Assembly (NCBI RefSeq): GCF_964355755.1
Contig: NC_092673.1
Location: 25,848,269 to 25,912,268, forward strand
Direction: 5' to 3'
Source: Antedon mediterranea
Lineage: Eukaryota > Animalia > Echinodermata
DNA: 64,000 nucleotides
Positions 63,441 through 64,000 of the stretch are shown one piece after another. The translations under genes were made by a program, and so were the position numbers. Under the pieces are notes generated by a model that ran no database searches, was not told the origin of the DNA, and worked only from the letters and a program-made list of their open reading frames with translations. How positions within the stretch are numbered: position 1 is the stretch's first letter; each line of letters opens with the position of its first letter.

Positions 63441-64000
63441 ACAAATCAATACATTTGTAAAAACGTATATTAAATGTATCAAAATAGTATTTTTTAAAGA
63501 AAATCAGCCTGTCTTCAACATTATGATGCTGTACTCGAACTGTTCAACCGGTTTTCAGCTATTAAAAACAATTATCGTAGGAGGAGATAGGAAAATGCGA
63601 AGCCTCCTCGCATTTTTGTGGCGGGTATTTTTCAAGATGGACATCCATTAGACAGTGTATACCACGATCGGAAAACACCCCTATTTGGGGCAAATCGTTG
63701 AACCTAAATTCGTTTTAATCGTCAATAACTAATTATCTAACTTAATTTAATTAGTAAACAGGGTTACATCAGGTGGTTAAAATCAGTACCGAAAGTACGA
63801 ACCAACTTTATATACCATCGAGTAAAAATTCTAGAAGTAAGGCGCGATTTACCGAATTTTGCCCTTACGTAAATTTATATATAGATTACACTAGATATAT
63901 AAGAATCCAAAGGTGTTGAATTGTATATAATATTGATTAAATATGCACGCGTCACTTGCATGTGAAAAGAAAAGATGGAGAACATGACCTTTGTTCTTAA

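Noticed and set aside
1-64000. CRISPR arrays, rRNA and canonical tRNA genes.
   Set aside because: None were seen. The locus is eukaryotic. The only tRNA-like sequences are degenerate SINE heads.

Overview
This is an AT-rich, repeat-dense invertebrate metazoan locus with spliceosomal introns (GT-AG, one GC-AG). Four genes are identified from the sequence with good support and a fifth is a candidate. Two tandem copies of a FAHD1-like gene lie on the + strand at 21.6-23.3 kb and 24.5-25.6 kb. A 23-exon major vault protein gene (MVP) lies on the - strand at 27.0-37.9 kb. It is head-to-head with a 6-exon BUB3 mitotic checkpoint gene on the + strand at 38.7-42.6 kb, with a shared divergent promoter of about 0.8 kb. 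The SNARE gene YKT6 lies on the - strand at 53.5-57.5 kb. A candidate Ly6/uPAR-type cysteine-rich GPI-anchored protein gene lies on the + strand at 60.5-61.8 kb. The first 21 kb and the 43-53 kb region hold no confident genes and are dominated by tandem arrays and transposable elements. These include a MITE family with the terminal repeat AAGCTCTGTCTACACTATCAAA, a tRNA-derived SINE family, and several inverted-repeat DNA elements. Long tandem arrays sit inside introns: a 59-bp satellite derived from the MITE terminus and a 21-bp G-rich array in MVP introns, and a 1.7-kb 21-bp array in the last YKT6 intron. A 4-kb, 285-bp satellite lies downstream of BUB3 and is interrupted by an inverted-repeat element with a 9-bp target-site duplication. 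The notable anomalies are a captured fragment of the MVP penultimate exon downstream of FAHD1 copy A, a GC-AG intron in MVP, and a frame disruption plus a loss of about 7 codons in a YKT6 exon. All coordinates were derived by manual counting, so boundaries may be off by 1-2 bases.
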